Source: Takakia lepidozioides
Lineage: Eukaryota > Plantae > Bryophyta
DNA length: 64,000 nucleotides
NCBI GenBank assembly: GCA_030704615.1
Contig: CM060734.1
Span: 62,248,001 to 62,312,000, forward strand
Reading direction: 5' to 3'
Shown here: positions 27,406-41,061 of the stretch, in pieces
Numbering within the stretch: the first letter of the stretch is position 1
Layout of the letters: each line of letters begins with the position of its first letter
Made by a program: the position numbers and the translations under genes
Notes under the pieces: generated by a model
What the model was told of the DNA's origin: nothing
The model's input: only the letters and a program-made list of their open reading frames with translations
Databases searched by the model: none

Positions 27406-30400
27406 TTGAAGTTAAGTGAGAAGGTTCAGACAAAGGGAACGGGAAGGGATGGTGAGGGCAATGCTGATTCCTCCGCCAGGCAGTCCCTGGGACGGGGGGC
27501 GACAACGCTGCTGGAGCAGCTTGAGCGCCACTGCCTCGCACCCGACGGCTCTCTGGCCACTAAAGCGGCCTTCCATGACCTCGTTCAGGTAATGTAAAGA
27601 CAGGAAATACCATGCACCTCCGGGTTCTCAACAAAAGGCCGCAGATTGTGAATCTTTAGATTAGAGCTGGTCAATTGACCTAGCCTAGATTGCATCTTGG
27701 ACACACATGCCTATTTCGGATGAAGAGCTCTCTCATTTCGGTCAGGTCATGGAGCTCCATCGATGTCTATGCATGGACTTGTAGTCGAGAGTGTGAGAGC
27801 ATGAAGCAGTGAGAGAGAGATGTACCCTTTGACCGATCTCTGTAAGAGGCATCCTTGCTGTGGTGTTATCCTCCGGGAGCCGATCCTGGGGTTTTCCCCC
27901 CACCAGAGTATGAAATTTAAGAGGTTTTTCTCTAGCTTAACACAGACCGGACAGAGATCAATAGAGAGAGAAAGCAACCAGGGGGGTGCTTTCCTTTGTT
28001 CTTTGGTTCCATGTGTGTGGCCAGAAAGTCTGGGGGGCTGTCATTACCTAGTTGCAGCCACCTATTTGGAACTTGAATTTCTGTCTTTACTCTTCCTGGG
28101 CGGGGGGGACCTTGCAGGCACGAGAAGAGATGAGTAGAGAGTGGCTGCGCTACTTGGAAGTCATGGTGAACGTTAAACCCTACACATCTTTCTCATTGCT
28201 GTGGTTTCCAAAGGGAAATGTTAGGTCAGTTTTCCAAAAATACCTGCAATGGAGGGGATTTGCCTGTAGGCCGTGTACAGTGAGGCAGTGGCATTGGTAG
28301 AAAGATACCAGCAAGCAGTTTCCATTGCAAGTGTGGGTGGTATCCGGGATTTGATGACAGTGCTCTCTCAACTGGGCCTTTCCTCTGCTCCTCAGGTACT
28401 TCTAAAATTATATATGGGTTTCTTGGGGCCTGTGGGTGCTTACAAGATGAAAAAGAAAGGTAGTCAGACTGGAATGGGTAACACAATTGCCTCTTTCTCT
28501 TTCTGTGTTCATCTTCAGGAGTCTAGGTCAAAGCCTTGTTGGCCAGTGAAAACTTTTTAGGGTTTCAAGCTACATTCGCTGTAAACCTGGACTTTCTGAA
28601 TTGGATGGGTCCTCATTGCACACATTACCACATTGGATGAATCACAGCCCTCAATTTGGCATGAAGTTATCTGATGTGAATGCAAAACAATTGAAACAAC
28701 CCCCAGAGGTCCTTCAAAATCCTATCCCTAAGTCATGAAACTCAGTTTGCTTCCTCATCTCTTCTCTCTGCATGAAGAAATAGCTCAAGCTTTTCTCGTT
28801 TGTCAGGTATATGATGCATTGGAACAGCGATTGACCATGTCAGAAGCAACCCAGCGGCTTAGACTACCGTTACTTTCAAAGGATGGAGATGTCCCTGAAG
28901 ATGAGACAGCTGAATGGGGCAACATTTCTCGAAGTTCATTCGACAGCACCACCACAAGCATCAGTTTAAGCACATCAACCACTGTCCATACAACAACTGC
29001 AAGCACCGTGAGTGCTACAGTTGCCTCAGGGGGAGGTAATCATACAGATGTAGCAGAGCCGGGGGTGGGAGGGGTGGTGAATCGCTTCTTGGGAGTTACA
29101 CCCGGGTGGCTACACCAATCTCAATTCACTCGTGCACCTTTTGCTGAGGTGGGCTTCATGATTGGCATCTTCAACTTCATCATTTTCCTAATATGAGATC
29201 TGTAACCAGTGAGACCCTAAAGTTTGGCCCAAATTGAGACATGCCACTGACTGTAAGGTACAAGGGTTCCCATTTGTTCAGCAGCAACAAGACCTAGGTG
29301 CAGCAGTTTTGCAGGTTAAAATTTTCTGTAGCTTCAAATTTCTGTTGCATTCGCTCCTCTCAGGCTTCACTGCTTTGTTATTCTGCCAGCTTGTTGTGCT
29401 TGGTAGGAACTTTTAAGGCAGGGTGGTGGGTATGCACAGGTAGGGAAATTTGTCTCAGTGGAATTGATTGAAAAGCATAACATTTTAGGCTGAATGATGA
29501 TGATGGTCCAGGGTAGGGCCTGATGGAGTACTTGTTGTAACATGGTGACAGGATAGCACAGGATACCAAATGGCACTCATACCTGAGATAGATGGTCGAT
29601 TGCGTGCAAAATGTGACAAAATTGCAACCACTTTCGAGGCTGATGAAGCTGGTAAGCTTAGTGTTACAGAGATATGATGACGACTGCAGACTCTCTGGAT
29701 CAACCTGAAGCTTCCAGTTTGTAATCTGGTCAAATAGCATTGAGATGGTGACATGAAACCATCCGTCCTGCTCTCTCTCTAATGTCTGTAACTCCTTGGC
29801 AGATTCTGCAGGGCCACACCCATCCATTAGCTTGCGGCTTCCAGAGAGGTCAGTGAAGAGACTCTGTTTGTATCCATTTGTTCAATTCTTTCCACTCACT
29901 TTTGTAGATTAATGCACAATTGAGTTTTAAGGAAGTAGAGATATGCGCATCAGGTTCAGGAGAGGTTTAAGTCCCTCATTATGTTCCTCACTGTCTGGGT
30001 GGCTGCTGCAGATTAAAGCTGGCGGTGGAAGATGTAGAAGGAGAGGAAGCAGCCCTACTTGAGGATCTGTATGCTGCAGACCGAAAATTCTCCGAGTACT
30101 ACAATGTACACTTTCTGAGTCAACTTCCGCAGATGGGCTCTCATCTTGAGTTATGTAACTCGGCTCCTGTTGCAATTAAGACTTTCTGTTGGTTGAAGAG
30201 GTGGATCCGAATCATTATCCCAAAATACAATGTATGGTAGTAACACAGAATAATTTCCAAGACAACCGCGTCGCCAAATTTCCCCCATTCTCTCTTCTTT
30301 GCCTCCTCCTCCATTGTATTCCCAACTTGATGGCATGGGTGCAGGTGCTGGAGCAAATCTTAGCAGTATTACTGCGGCTAGTGAAGGAGTTCAAATTACA

Positions 30401-32060
30401 GCATCAACATGAATATGCGGGTGATTTTTTCCAGTGTCGCACCAGTGGTCAGATGTAGGTGAGATCAGATGGTACTGGGTAATTGGTCCCTCGGGGGTAT
30501 GTCTTTGTTCCCATTATGCTTATGTGAGGCATGCTGGGGATGACAGGATGGGATGAGGAAGGAATGGCTGTGCAAGCGATGCCAAACCATGAATACCAAG
30601 CTCAGGTCCTCTTGTCTTCTGCTGGAATTGACAGTTTGCTTTCTCTTGTGAAGTCAGTGCTCGCCGCACATCAACCCTACATCCAAACTGTGTCTCTGTG
30701 CCCAGTTTGAGGGAAATCTCAGGCTGAGTTCACGCCCTTATTAAGCATGCGTGATTTGGTTGATCATCTAAGTAGTTTTCGTCTGTTGTGTTTATCTGTC
30801 TTGCTATGGAGCTTTGGGTTTCTTGTGCAGAGTGCTGGAGCATCTGCTATTGTGGGACACATACACACAGGAATCTATGCCCGCCCTTCATAAAATCAGG
30901 TACTGAACTCAGTTACGCCAGCTTTCTGTTTGTGAAACTTGTCCCTCTCATGAATCTTTTTTTGTGGTTCCTCTCCCATGAGAAGAACTCCTCAATGCTT
31001 GACAAAAGGCACGACATGCCAAGACTCACACATGGAACCTGCAAATTTGTATGCTCTATTGTCTCTTGCTTCAGTTCAGTGGTGCTTACATAAGGTGATT
31101 GTTAATGATGTGAGAAATTCATTGTAGTGAAAATGCCTAACATGATTTACAGTTTGCCTGTCATGGAGAAGCCTAAGCCTCAGCTTTGGGATTGTGTTTG
31201 GTGAGTCTTCAAATAATATTGGCATGGTTTGTTCTTACTCGTAAGCATGCAATTTAAAGAAAAAAGATTATTGGTCAGCATTATGAGAAGAGGGGTGGCA
31301 CAGGGCATATGTGGTGGAGGCCAATGAAGAGGCAACTGCAGCTTACAATCGAGCCGTGAGCTCTCCCTCTCTCTTTGTCTGAGGCATTCCACGGTTGTCT
31401 AATGCTAGAGGGGTTCCTTGCTTCTTGTCTTTTCTACTTCCCTTGGCCCCCTGGGCCTCCAATGTAGGTAGTAACTATCGTTTACTTTTTCTTTCATTCT
31501 GATGCCTTCAGCTGGTCGAGAGCTATCCTCTGCACTCAGATTGTTATTCAACCACTAAGAGTTCAGGCTGTGGTATCTGATGTATTGACATAACAGTGTG
31601 TACTTCAATGAACATTTTTTAAGTGTGTACATATGGAGCTCAATCTGCAGGTGACCCGGTTGCGCGAATATCAAGGTGTGGATCAATACTTTGATGACAT
31701 TGCCAGATGGTACCATGACCTGGTCACGGTAAGAATCAGAAAACCCATTGTTGCCTTTGCACTGCTAAGCACACAATCCTATTACTCACTGGCTCACTTC
31801 TATGTAAAGCAGTGGGAGGAGGGTAAAACTATGCCCACTTACGGTGCAGAGGTCCCAGCTATATGGGTGCACATATAGTATTGAGCTATGCAGTAGCCAT
31901 CAGCCACCAGCCATTGAGATGTGTAGCCAGGTGGTTTATGAATATTTGATCTTTACATCTGGTTGTTTGACTGTTGCTGCAGAAGCTAGAGGGCATTCAG
32001 TGGACGATACGGAAGGTGGAAATGGACTTGAACACTGCCCATGAGCACTCCCCTCTCTAA
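27406..32060 (+). CDS. AUG4: Augmin subunit 4 (HAUS4), about 13 exons, start uncertain
   Basis: Exons in order: QLERHCLAPDGSL; AREEMSRE; AVYSEAV..PQ; VYDALEQRL..NRFLGVTP; YQMAL..KCDK; RLPER; EDLYAADRKFSEYYN; VLEQIL; WLCKRCQTMNTKLR; VLEHLLL..ALHKIR; ANEEATAAYNRA; VTRLREYQGVD; KLEGIQWTIRKVEMDL...TAA. Confidence 0.9.
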
Positions 32061-32094
32061 TAGGTGAAGACAACACCTCCAGATGTTCCATAAT

Positions 32095-32772
32095 CACTTT
32101 GATGCGCGCGCCTAACTTCCAAACTGGCCGGCGGGCCAACTCGGAGCTTCGGTTGCTCACCGGGACATAACGGTTCCCCTTTTGCTCTTCCACAAGATCC
32201 TCTCTCAATTTGGGGCTAGTGGAAATTTCCTTTGGTTGATGGCAGTCCGGAACAGCTCCCCACACTTTGGTCGCTTTCCGACTCGCACGCTTACTCATTA
32301 GTTTTTGGTGACCAACGGGCTTGCACTGTTATCGGAGTTACTACTCTCTATATATATTTCTGTGACTGTCCACGGGGGTTTCACAAACAACCATGTCATT
32401 TTATGGCGAACCACCACGAAAATCCTCGACCCCCGGTGATGAGTCGCGGTGAGTCTTGGCCCACCCACCACGGCCCTTTTGGATCGTGATGAGTCCCAAG
32501 ACTCCTCACGACTCCCACCACAAGGTCTCCACCCCATGGTGAGTTCTATGTCATCCCCACTAAGACCCACTAAGCTGCCGCCACCCCTCGTGGAGCCACC
32601 CCACCGCAACTCGGTGTGCGGGGCCCCACCTAGTGAGCGTCTCGGCCTCCTTGAGTGCCTTGGGCACTCAAGGGTGCTTCAGCCCCCGTACCCATTCTTG
32701 CCACTGCCCCCACCAGAGGGGAAGCCCCCCTTGTGTCCCGACCTCCTGCCCTCAAGGTAAAGGGCCGCGACA
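32095..32772 (-). mobile_element. Solo or truncated LTR related to the chromovirus LTR
   Basis: Reverse complement begins TGTCGCGGCCCT and aligns with 13822-14500. Diverged; no TSD found. Confidence 0.9.
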
Positions 32773-33149
32773 GCAAGGATGACCAGTCACATTAAACCGG
32801 CCCACCAATTTTGCTAATATACCATGCACATGTACGGCATCTGTCAATTTCAATTGCATGAAAAATGTTTTTTTCACATTCACACTCATGTAGTGGGGAA
32901 GAAGTACTTCACCCTGTAAACAAATTTACAATGGTGTCATATTTGGTCATGATGTATATGCGGGTATTTGCAATGAACTCCGAAAGCTGGAGAACAAGGA
33001 AAATTGATGTCAACGAATAAGTTATAACGAGTTATGAACGGTTGTCTACCAAACAAATCTCGCCTGGTCCCTATGTATTTCATAATCATTTCGTAAAATC
33101 TATGATGTTTTTCTACGAACGTATCCACAAAGTTCTCAAAGCACAAAAT

Positions 33150-34560
33150 AATTTCGATTGATCTCATATTACATTGGCACGTATCAGAGGGTACATTGTA
33201 CGCACTGGCAAAATTTCAAAGCGAACGAAAATCATTTGGATTGGCAACCATCCGTTGGCCCATTGAACGAATTTTGATTGATCTCATATTACTCTGGGGT
33301 CTCTTACATGACACATTGAACATAGTGGTCAAGTCTCAAAGCGAACCAAAATCATTTCGATGGCCAACCATCCATTGAGCCATTGAATGAATTTCGATTG
33401 ATCTGATATTAGTTCGGGACCTGTGAGAAGGTGTCTCGAACGTACTGACAAAGTTTGGAAGCAAACAAAAATGATTTGGATGGGCAACCATCCGTTCATC
33501 CGTTGAATGTATTCCGTTGGATCTGCTATTGCTTTGAGACCTATTGGACTATGTTTCGCGTGCTCATAATTTTTTTTTTCATTCTGTTTTTTAATGGGGC
33601 GTGTAGTGTAGCCATATGCAACATGTGTGCCAAATTTGGGAGCGGTCAAAATTCATTTGGACCCAAAACCACAGTTTCTTCCCTGTTTTCCACTCTTAAC
33701 TTGATTTGTGTTCTACTTCATGCACTCTTCATGTAGAGTTCTGCAATAGTGAGCGAAGAGAACATTTTTTTCGGAGAGCATTTTTTATAGGTCCAAATTT
33801 TGGCAGGGGAGTAGCGGTAGGATGCTGGAAGCCGCAGAACAAAATTGAGCCAAAAACAAAATCGATACGTGCCAGAAATCCCCAATGAAAGGCAGTGCAA
33901 ACTTATTTATTGGCTTAAAATAAATTTAAATTCAATTAAATTGTGGAATGGCTTGAGGAGGAAGCGCGTCGATGGGGAGGCAAATGATTTATTCATCTGT
34001 TGTGTCTCCGTACACATGTTCAAGCACATGCGGGCAAAAGAGGGGCTTCAACCACATCCGTTCAATGGGTGCAATAGTCGTGCACGCATTGCAAGATTTT
34101 TTTTTCGCATTGAACAAAAACCAGATGACAAATGAACGCCTCACTGGACAATCGAATGAATTTCAATTGATCTCGTATTACACTGGGACGTATCAGAGGG
34201 TACATTGAACACATTGGCCAAGTTTCGAAGCGAACGAAAATCATTTGGATGGGCAACCATCCGTTGGCCCATTGAATGAATTTCGATTGATCTCATATTA
34301 CTCTGGGGCCTCTTACATGGCACATTGAACATAGTGGCCAAGTCTCAAAGCGAACCAAAATCATTTCGATGGCCAACCATCCGTTGAGCCATCGAATGAA
34401 TTTCGATTGATCTGATATTAGTCCGAGAGCTGATACATGATATGTTGAACATAGTGGCAAAGATTGAAAGCAAACGAAAATCATTTGGATGGACAACCAT
34501 TCAATCGCCTATTGAATGAATGGGGTTTCGTCTTCGATTATACTGGGACCTGTTACATGA
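33150..34560. repeat. Two blocks of degenerate ~120-bp tandem repeats (33150-33540 and 34150-34560)
   Basis: Recurring AATTTCGATTGATCTCATATTA...CGAAxxAAAATCATTTxGATGGxCAACCATCC...ATTGAATG units. Confidence 0.85.
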
Positions 34561-34609
34561 TATGCCGTTTGAAGCTCTTTTTGTAGTGTCTCATGCCTCG
34601 TAATGTGGT

Positions 34610-35727
34610 TTGGACTTGATCATGGAGGCAAATGATTCAGCGCTCCCTCTGAGGCTATCAAATTTGTTGATTGCCGATGTTGAAACTCCAGTATCAGAGC
34701 AGGACGTATCCATATTTGTGGGTTATTGTTTTAAGACGGTATTCTCCTTGTATGACCGGTACTGCCAACCTGCTTTGAATGCCAAGCTTTTGTTCAATAC
34801 TTTTGAAAAGAAGACATATACTTATTACACCGAAACTATTGGAAAACTGCTGAGGCCTGACATGCTTGGAATTGCCGGTGGATGCACTTTTCTGGTTGGT
34901 GAGGACAAGCTGGCCGGCTTAGCTGCTGCTGAAGAGGATATTTTGAGAAAGATGAGGCCACTTAGTGCGACGTTTTATGGGGACATTCAATTCATTCTCG
35001 GCTATATCGCAGCAGGCACAGACTTCCAATGGGTTTATATCAACAAGGATGGAAAGACGGCAGCTCGAATCAAGCCATGTCTTAATGTCAATGAAGCTTT
35101 ATGACCGCCTCTTGTTGTTAGTCAGCCTTGGCAATGCCTATGAGATCATGAAGAAGATGGTGGAGTCAATCCCGGAAGTGCCAGGCCGGCGGGCAATGTT
35201 TTCTGAAGAAGCATGTGGGGATATGACGATATACTTTCTGCCGAGCAGTGTTCAGAAGGCAATAAGGAACTTCCCAATGTATTGTATTGAGAAAAGGACC
35301 ACTTTTGAACCGATTCGGTGGGCCTACAATGTTGCATGAGGGGTCCCTTCTCTTCTGCAGGTAATTTCAGATCCTGAAATGGATCGTAGAGGTACTTATA
35401 ATATTGAGATCAGTCCGCTGGGCTACTCCCCGATGTTGAGGTCGGAGAACGATATGAAGCTGTTGGCTCGGGACGTGTTAAAGGCTTTGTCTGTCCTGCA
35501 TGCGGTAAACCTCGTCCATAGGGATATCTGGTTGCCCAATATAGTGCAGGTTTCAGCGGAGGGGTTCATGCTCATAGACCTTGAAACGGTAGCTGAATCT
35601 CCATTCCTCTGAGCAGTACCGACATAGCGGTACTGCTCAGAGGTTTATTAGCAGTCTATGTCTAAGCAGTGGACTGCAGTGGAGGCATTGAAAGATGCTT
35701 GGTTATCTCCTGTACAAATTACATGAA
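34610..35727 (+). pseudogene. Crinkler-like protein: restriction-endonuclease-fold domain plus protein kinase
   Basis: RPDMLG...FLVGEDK (PD-(D/E)xK-like) followed by kinase motifs LHAVNLVHRDIWLPNI and LIDLE. Frameshift near 35095; stops at 35337 and 35610. Confidence 0.7.
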
Positions 35728-38368
35728 ACTGTAGAGGCTGACTCCATTGGCTACACCTGAAGTTATTTGGTAAAATGCGGGAGGCTAAAAGAAAGGTTTT
35801 CTTATACAGGGAGAGTCCCTTGATCTGGCAGCTCGCTGGTTATCTCATTTCCCCCCTGAATATCCAACTTTTGAAAAGTGGTGGTGAAGCTGTATATATT
35901 ATAAAACTTTTGATCCAGACAAAATTGGTGTAGAAAGATTTTGGGTTTTCTTGTCGCATCACCAGCAGTGAAGATGGCAAGAGAGAGCGTGCACAGCTGA
36001 AAGCTGTGTTGGGACAGTTTTCTGGTTTTCCTTGGTCCCGTTTTAATGGAGACAAAACCGGCCAGCTTTCTGACAGGGGGGCGACGAGGCACTCTAGAAA
36101 GGCGCACTCTGATTGAGTCATGTATAGTCTGCTGAGTATTGCTACAAAGAACTGAGCTCTATGATCCGCGATGGTCTTGTATAGGCAGGAATTTATTTCT
36201 GGTAATTGCTTACACTGATACATTCGTATTTGGTAAACTGTACGGTGACAGTTCAGTACATGTAAGAGATATACACAAAGATCTTTAACCCTTGAGTGCC
36301 CTGAGCTGTTTTGGAGAAACCGAAGTTTCTTAGAGCATAATTTTGGCATGTTCTCTTAGTTACTCATTGTGCAAGTTTTTGGTGCAGGATTCTAGGGACT
36401 CTGGGCAATTCTTGGTCAGTTCTACTCATTTATGTTTCTACCCTTGTCTACTTTTACAGGCTAAGGGAGTCCGGCTCTTGCACCAAGTCAAGTTGAAGAC
36501 TAAATTTCATTAAGTTCCTTCAACATGATTTGAGGGCCATCATTCACTTTTCCCGATTGTGGTTTCACATCCTTGGGCATTGTTGGTCCAATGAGAAAGC
36601 CTAAAATTTGTAAGGTCAATTATAGAAATTGTATCAATCTACTGCTGCTTATACTTGGCATGGTTAATACATGCAATAAGCTTCTGAACCTCTCCACATG
36701 CCTTGAACTTTGGGGTTCGAATTTGTGAGTTGGGCTATTTATCAGAGTGTCCTTTACAAATATTATCTTGTTTGGTGCGACTGATGGATTACCTTTAAGT
36801 AGACACTTGTAGGGGTTGGCTTGTTAGTTCCTCCCTGTTAGAGTTTCAAGAAATCGTGTTCTGATTCATTATAGATTTTAATCTAAACAAACCACCAGAG
36901 TCCTCAAAAGTTTTAGGGTTTAGGGTACTTCACCCTAAACCCCCCATTTCGATTCAGCATTGAAGCAATATCTTTGTTTTTCGCAAACTTAGTGAAATTT
37001 TTAGCATTTGAAATTTATAGCATGAAACAACGTTGTTGTCAAATTGAAAAGTACTGCTCTGTAAACAGCCTCTGGTTTCATATAGAGTGAAGTGCCTTTC
37101 TCTTTTCTTGTTTTGTTCCGAGGAATAATAATGACACATCAACAAAAATGAATACTTTGTTTACTCGAGCGAAAACTGAAACGGAAGTTTTAGTTTTGTC
37201 TTTATCACATCTACTTTATCTGATGGAAAGCTAAGCTTGAAGAGTGAACTGTGAGTTCAACATGGAATCACAATTACACGGGAAGCTCAGAAACAGGGAT
37301 GTTCTCAGAATTGGTGAAACCACCTATGCAGTTGCGGAGGTCAAATCCTGCCTCAATGGCAACATTCAACACGACGTGCCGGACAACAAGATAAGAGTGC
37401 ATCAAGGGATTGCTGACTCGAATTTGAAATCATGGAGTCACTAACTGAGGCTGTCATGGCCAAGGCCATCTGCAGAGTCCAAAAATTCCAGTAAGGCCAA
37501 CAAAGACATCTCCTAAACATTAAGAAAAACAGTGCTGTCATTGTACTGTACAGATCTATTGGACCTTGACCAGGTACAAGAATCTCTGGTTCATTCTCCT
37601 AGAGTACATGATGGCAGAATGAGGTTCATGGGTTTCCAAAAATTAAACCCCAACACTTGTCTCCAAGAACTAAGTTCTTTGTAGCAACATTCTGCACATA
37701 TCAATATTCAGTGTACACGCCCAGCAGGGATGCCCTCCCTATGAGCAAGATCGCCGAGTTTCTGCACATGTTCCAACATGACTTCCAGTTGCACAGACTC
37801 TCTCTTGCGATCTTCAGTACTGGTGATGGGTCATGAAATACCAAAATCGATCAAACAAACACCTTAATGCCCCCTAAAATCAACCAAGATATTAGGGCAT
37901 CGAATGTCCCCATGAAGAAGTGCACAGCAGCAAGTGCATTAACAGTCGCTTCCACCACCTCTAGTCAAAACTCCTGCAAACGACACATCCAACATATTAG
38001 ACAACCACTTTGCTACAAGCTTAAGCAAGAACCGCAGACTCAAATAAGCGGGATGCCCAGCTCAGAGCAGACAACTCTTTCGCCTTTTACCAAGAATTAC
38101 AGTGCAATCAGAATGAATTCCAACAGCTCCAGTTTTCTGGGATTCCCTCTCATTTGGCCAGCAACAATTCTTTATAGTCTATTTGATTAGATCATCTAGA
38201 ATTATGTGAAAAAATGGAGGTGCCATAAAACAGTGTACAAAAGGTCAATCAGAGAATATAGGTTAAAGAGAATCCAATTGCAGATTTAAGAGCCTCAAAC
38301 ATGTAGCAACTAAGGACAAGGTTTTACCAACTTGCACAAACATCAGCAAACATCAGCAAACATCAAGG

Positions 38369-41061
38369 TCACAAAATGAGAGATGAATTAGGATAAACCC
38401 ACAGCATGAGCTCTGATAGCCAAGGATGTTGTAATGCCTGTGATGAACTGAGTTGTTTGTCAGTGAGCTTCCTTATAAAGTCTTCAGCATGTGCTGTCCT
38501 TGCAACGGGGATATACTCATCCAGGAGTTTGCCAACACTATACATGTCTGAAAAGGGCGTATACTGGTTGCCCTCATACATCTCCGGATACCAGGCTGAG
38601 AAAGGCTGAAATCCATCAAACAATTTGATAGAATAAATTTCAATTCCCCATAAAACATCGGATTAAGCGACCTCATCTTAGAACGAAGATCGCCTTCAGC
38701 TGCATGCAAGTTGTCAACCTTGTCTTCACCTACTAGGAAGGTGCATCCAAAGGCTATGCCAATCGTATCAGGCCTTGTCCTGTGTGCAGTAGTTTGGGAG
38801 AAACTGCACCACGCCCTTTCAGTAGAATTGAACGAAAACGTGACCTTAAAACCGGCCACATATTGCTTGAAAACGCCAAAGAACTCTTGCAAGCCGCCGC
38901 ATGCAACGAGGAACGATGTTTGTATCTCGGTGACTATCTCCTCAAGTTGGCGCAATAGGAAGGCTCCCACTAAACAAGGAAGTCTTGAACCATCTGTCTC
39001 GATTAAAACATTCGCCGCCAACTCGGGCATTGTTGCTGATACATACTCGTAGGTCTGCGGCGTTACAGGAAGCTTCCGATGCTGCTCAGGGAACAATACC
39101 TTTTCAAGACCGGCCTTATTTTGGGGGAGCTCAGGTAGCTGTGGGAGCAGCATGTACCTAATCCAAGCTTCGGAACGATCTTTGCGGTAACCTGCTTGAG
39201 ATGTATCACAAACAACAGCAACAAAATGACTCAGAATAACAATAGAAGTGGATGCAAGGACGGCAAGCACTCACAAGTGAACGACCAAAATGACGGTCAA
39301 CTACCAGAATATCAAGGCAGAAGTTACCACGATCCGGTGACAAACGAACCCCTAACTATCAGCAAACTCAGGCCACAGGACCCTAAGAATCTCAAACCAC
39401 CACAAGGCAACTCGTTACTCTAGCTAATCATTGTCCAGACAAACTCCAGAAACAGAACCTAAGTATCAAGAACTCCACAAATACTCGATGCAACAAATAA
39501 AGACAACCCTAGGCACTCATGAGAAATGAGGGGTTTGAATGATACTACTCATATTTGCAGCCACGCATCAAACAAACCCTAGCTATGAAAAGAATCAAGA
39601 AAAGATCCCAGCATCAGCAACCTAGGTGCCAAGAATCTACACAACCCCTGAATTACACCAAACGGGACGTTGGGGATTTAGGGGACCCTGCGGGAGTAAA
39701 CATAACCTACGGGACAAACAGCTCCAGTAAGTACAAGAAGACATACCCTACAACCCTTGCTACGAAAGCCTTGCAAAAATTTATGGAGTGAAGGCAAGTG
39801 GAGCTTCTGCCTGCCTTCACAAAGTTTGCAAAGCTTTCAATAATTCAAATGTGCCTGCCCATCATCAGAATTGCAGACATAAAAACAAACGGGCTCAGAC
39901 TGCCCTAGGCAACCCATCGACATTCACCAGACTCTCTCCATGACGCACTATCTGACACCCTAGCTAATGGGTGAACACTGTCACAGAAGGTTCTGCAGCC
40001 AAGGCGGTTTTGGTTAACTCACATAAGTCACCAACAACCACATTCTGTCATCGACCAATTAACAGCTCAACACATGCGCACAATTTCGGCTAGAGCTTTC
40101 TATCTTCTGAAGATGGTACTCAAGAAATCGTAAAGGTTTGAACAACACTACTGATTTGCAGGTCACATGCATCAAAGTACTGAAGAGAGAACAGAAACTC
40201 ATTCTTCACACATTGGTAGCAAACCCTACAAACTTACACTCACCAGACTCCCTCCTTGACGCACTATCTGACACCCTAAACCATCAACCATGGTTTCCAT
40301 AACCAACAATCCCACAAAGAAAGTAGGCTGCGAAGACAGACACAACACCGTTCAACCAAGAAGCAAGAGACATAACAAAAATCAGATGAAGATTTGAAAC
40401 CCTAACCCTGTACATACTCTTGGGATGCCATTGAGCCCGTCCAAAACTGTTTCGGTTATGGTTATGGATGCAAAAAAACCAATACGGCAATCACTCACAA
40501 GTGAACTACCAAAATGACGGTTTAGAGTTAGGGTTTCAGGCCACACAACACTTTAAACCTGCCATCATCTGCCGCAATCTGACCGACCACTGCGCTTCAA
40601 GAGATTCAGAAGGGCTTGCCCTCTGACCTCGCACGAAAAGTGCCCACAAAGGTTCACGGCCAGACATTTCCAAGAAGCAGTGCAATTCATATAATCCTTG
40701 TGAAAACCCTTACTCCAAAACGAGTGTGTCGGCAACCAGAATTCCACATACAAATAACAAACAACCGTGAATAAGAATGGAGCAAAAAGACATCTATCCA
40801 ATAAAGCGGCAAAGAGTCTACAAAACCTATCCAATAAAGCAGCTGGGAGTGAAACATACCAGGAGCAGGAACAGGAGCTGGTAGGAATGCCTGCTTCAGG
40901 AGTGCGACAATCGCAACATCTGTCCAACGTGGGGGGAAGTAGCGCTCTGGTTTCCCACCCACATCCTCATAGCTCATAAGACGCCCAAGTATAACGCCCC
41001 TTTCCTCCTCAGAAAGTCCAGGCAGAGTCCCGAGTTTGTCCACCCAGCCAACCTGCACCAT
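38369..41061 (-). pseudogene. Second Crinkler-like REase-kinase paralog, internally deleted
   Basis: Exon 41061-40860 splices in frame to 39191. RPDTIG...FLVGEDK, FYGELKFIL, then jumps to the kinase C-lobe (PEM...SDMYSVG...ALQHPWL). Confidence 0.7.

Noticed and set aside
37244-37444. LRNRDVLRIGETT resembling the end of an FHA domain
   Set aside because: Too short, and no other exons were found to support a gene.
39268-40521. Short direct repeats (CACTCACAAGTGAAC..CCAAAATGACGGT and TGACGCACTATCTGACACCCTA)
   Set aside because: Local duplications in the intron of the Crinkler-like gene; no LTR or TIR structure.
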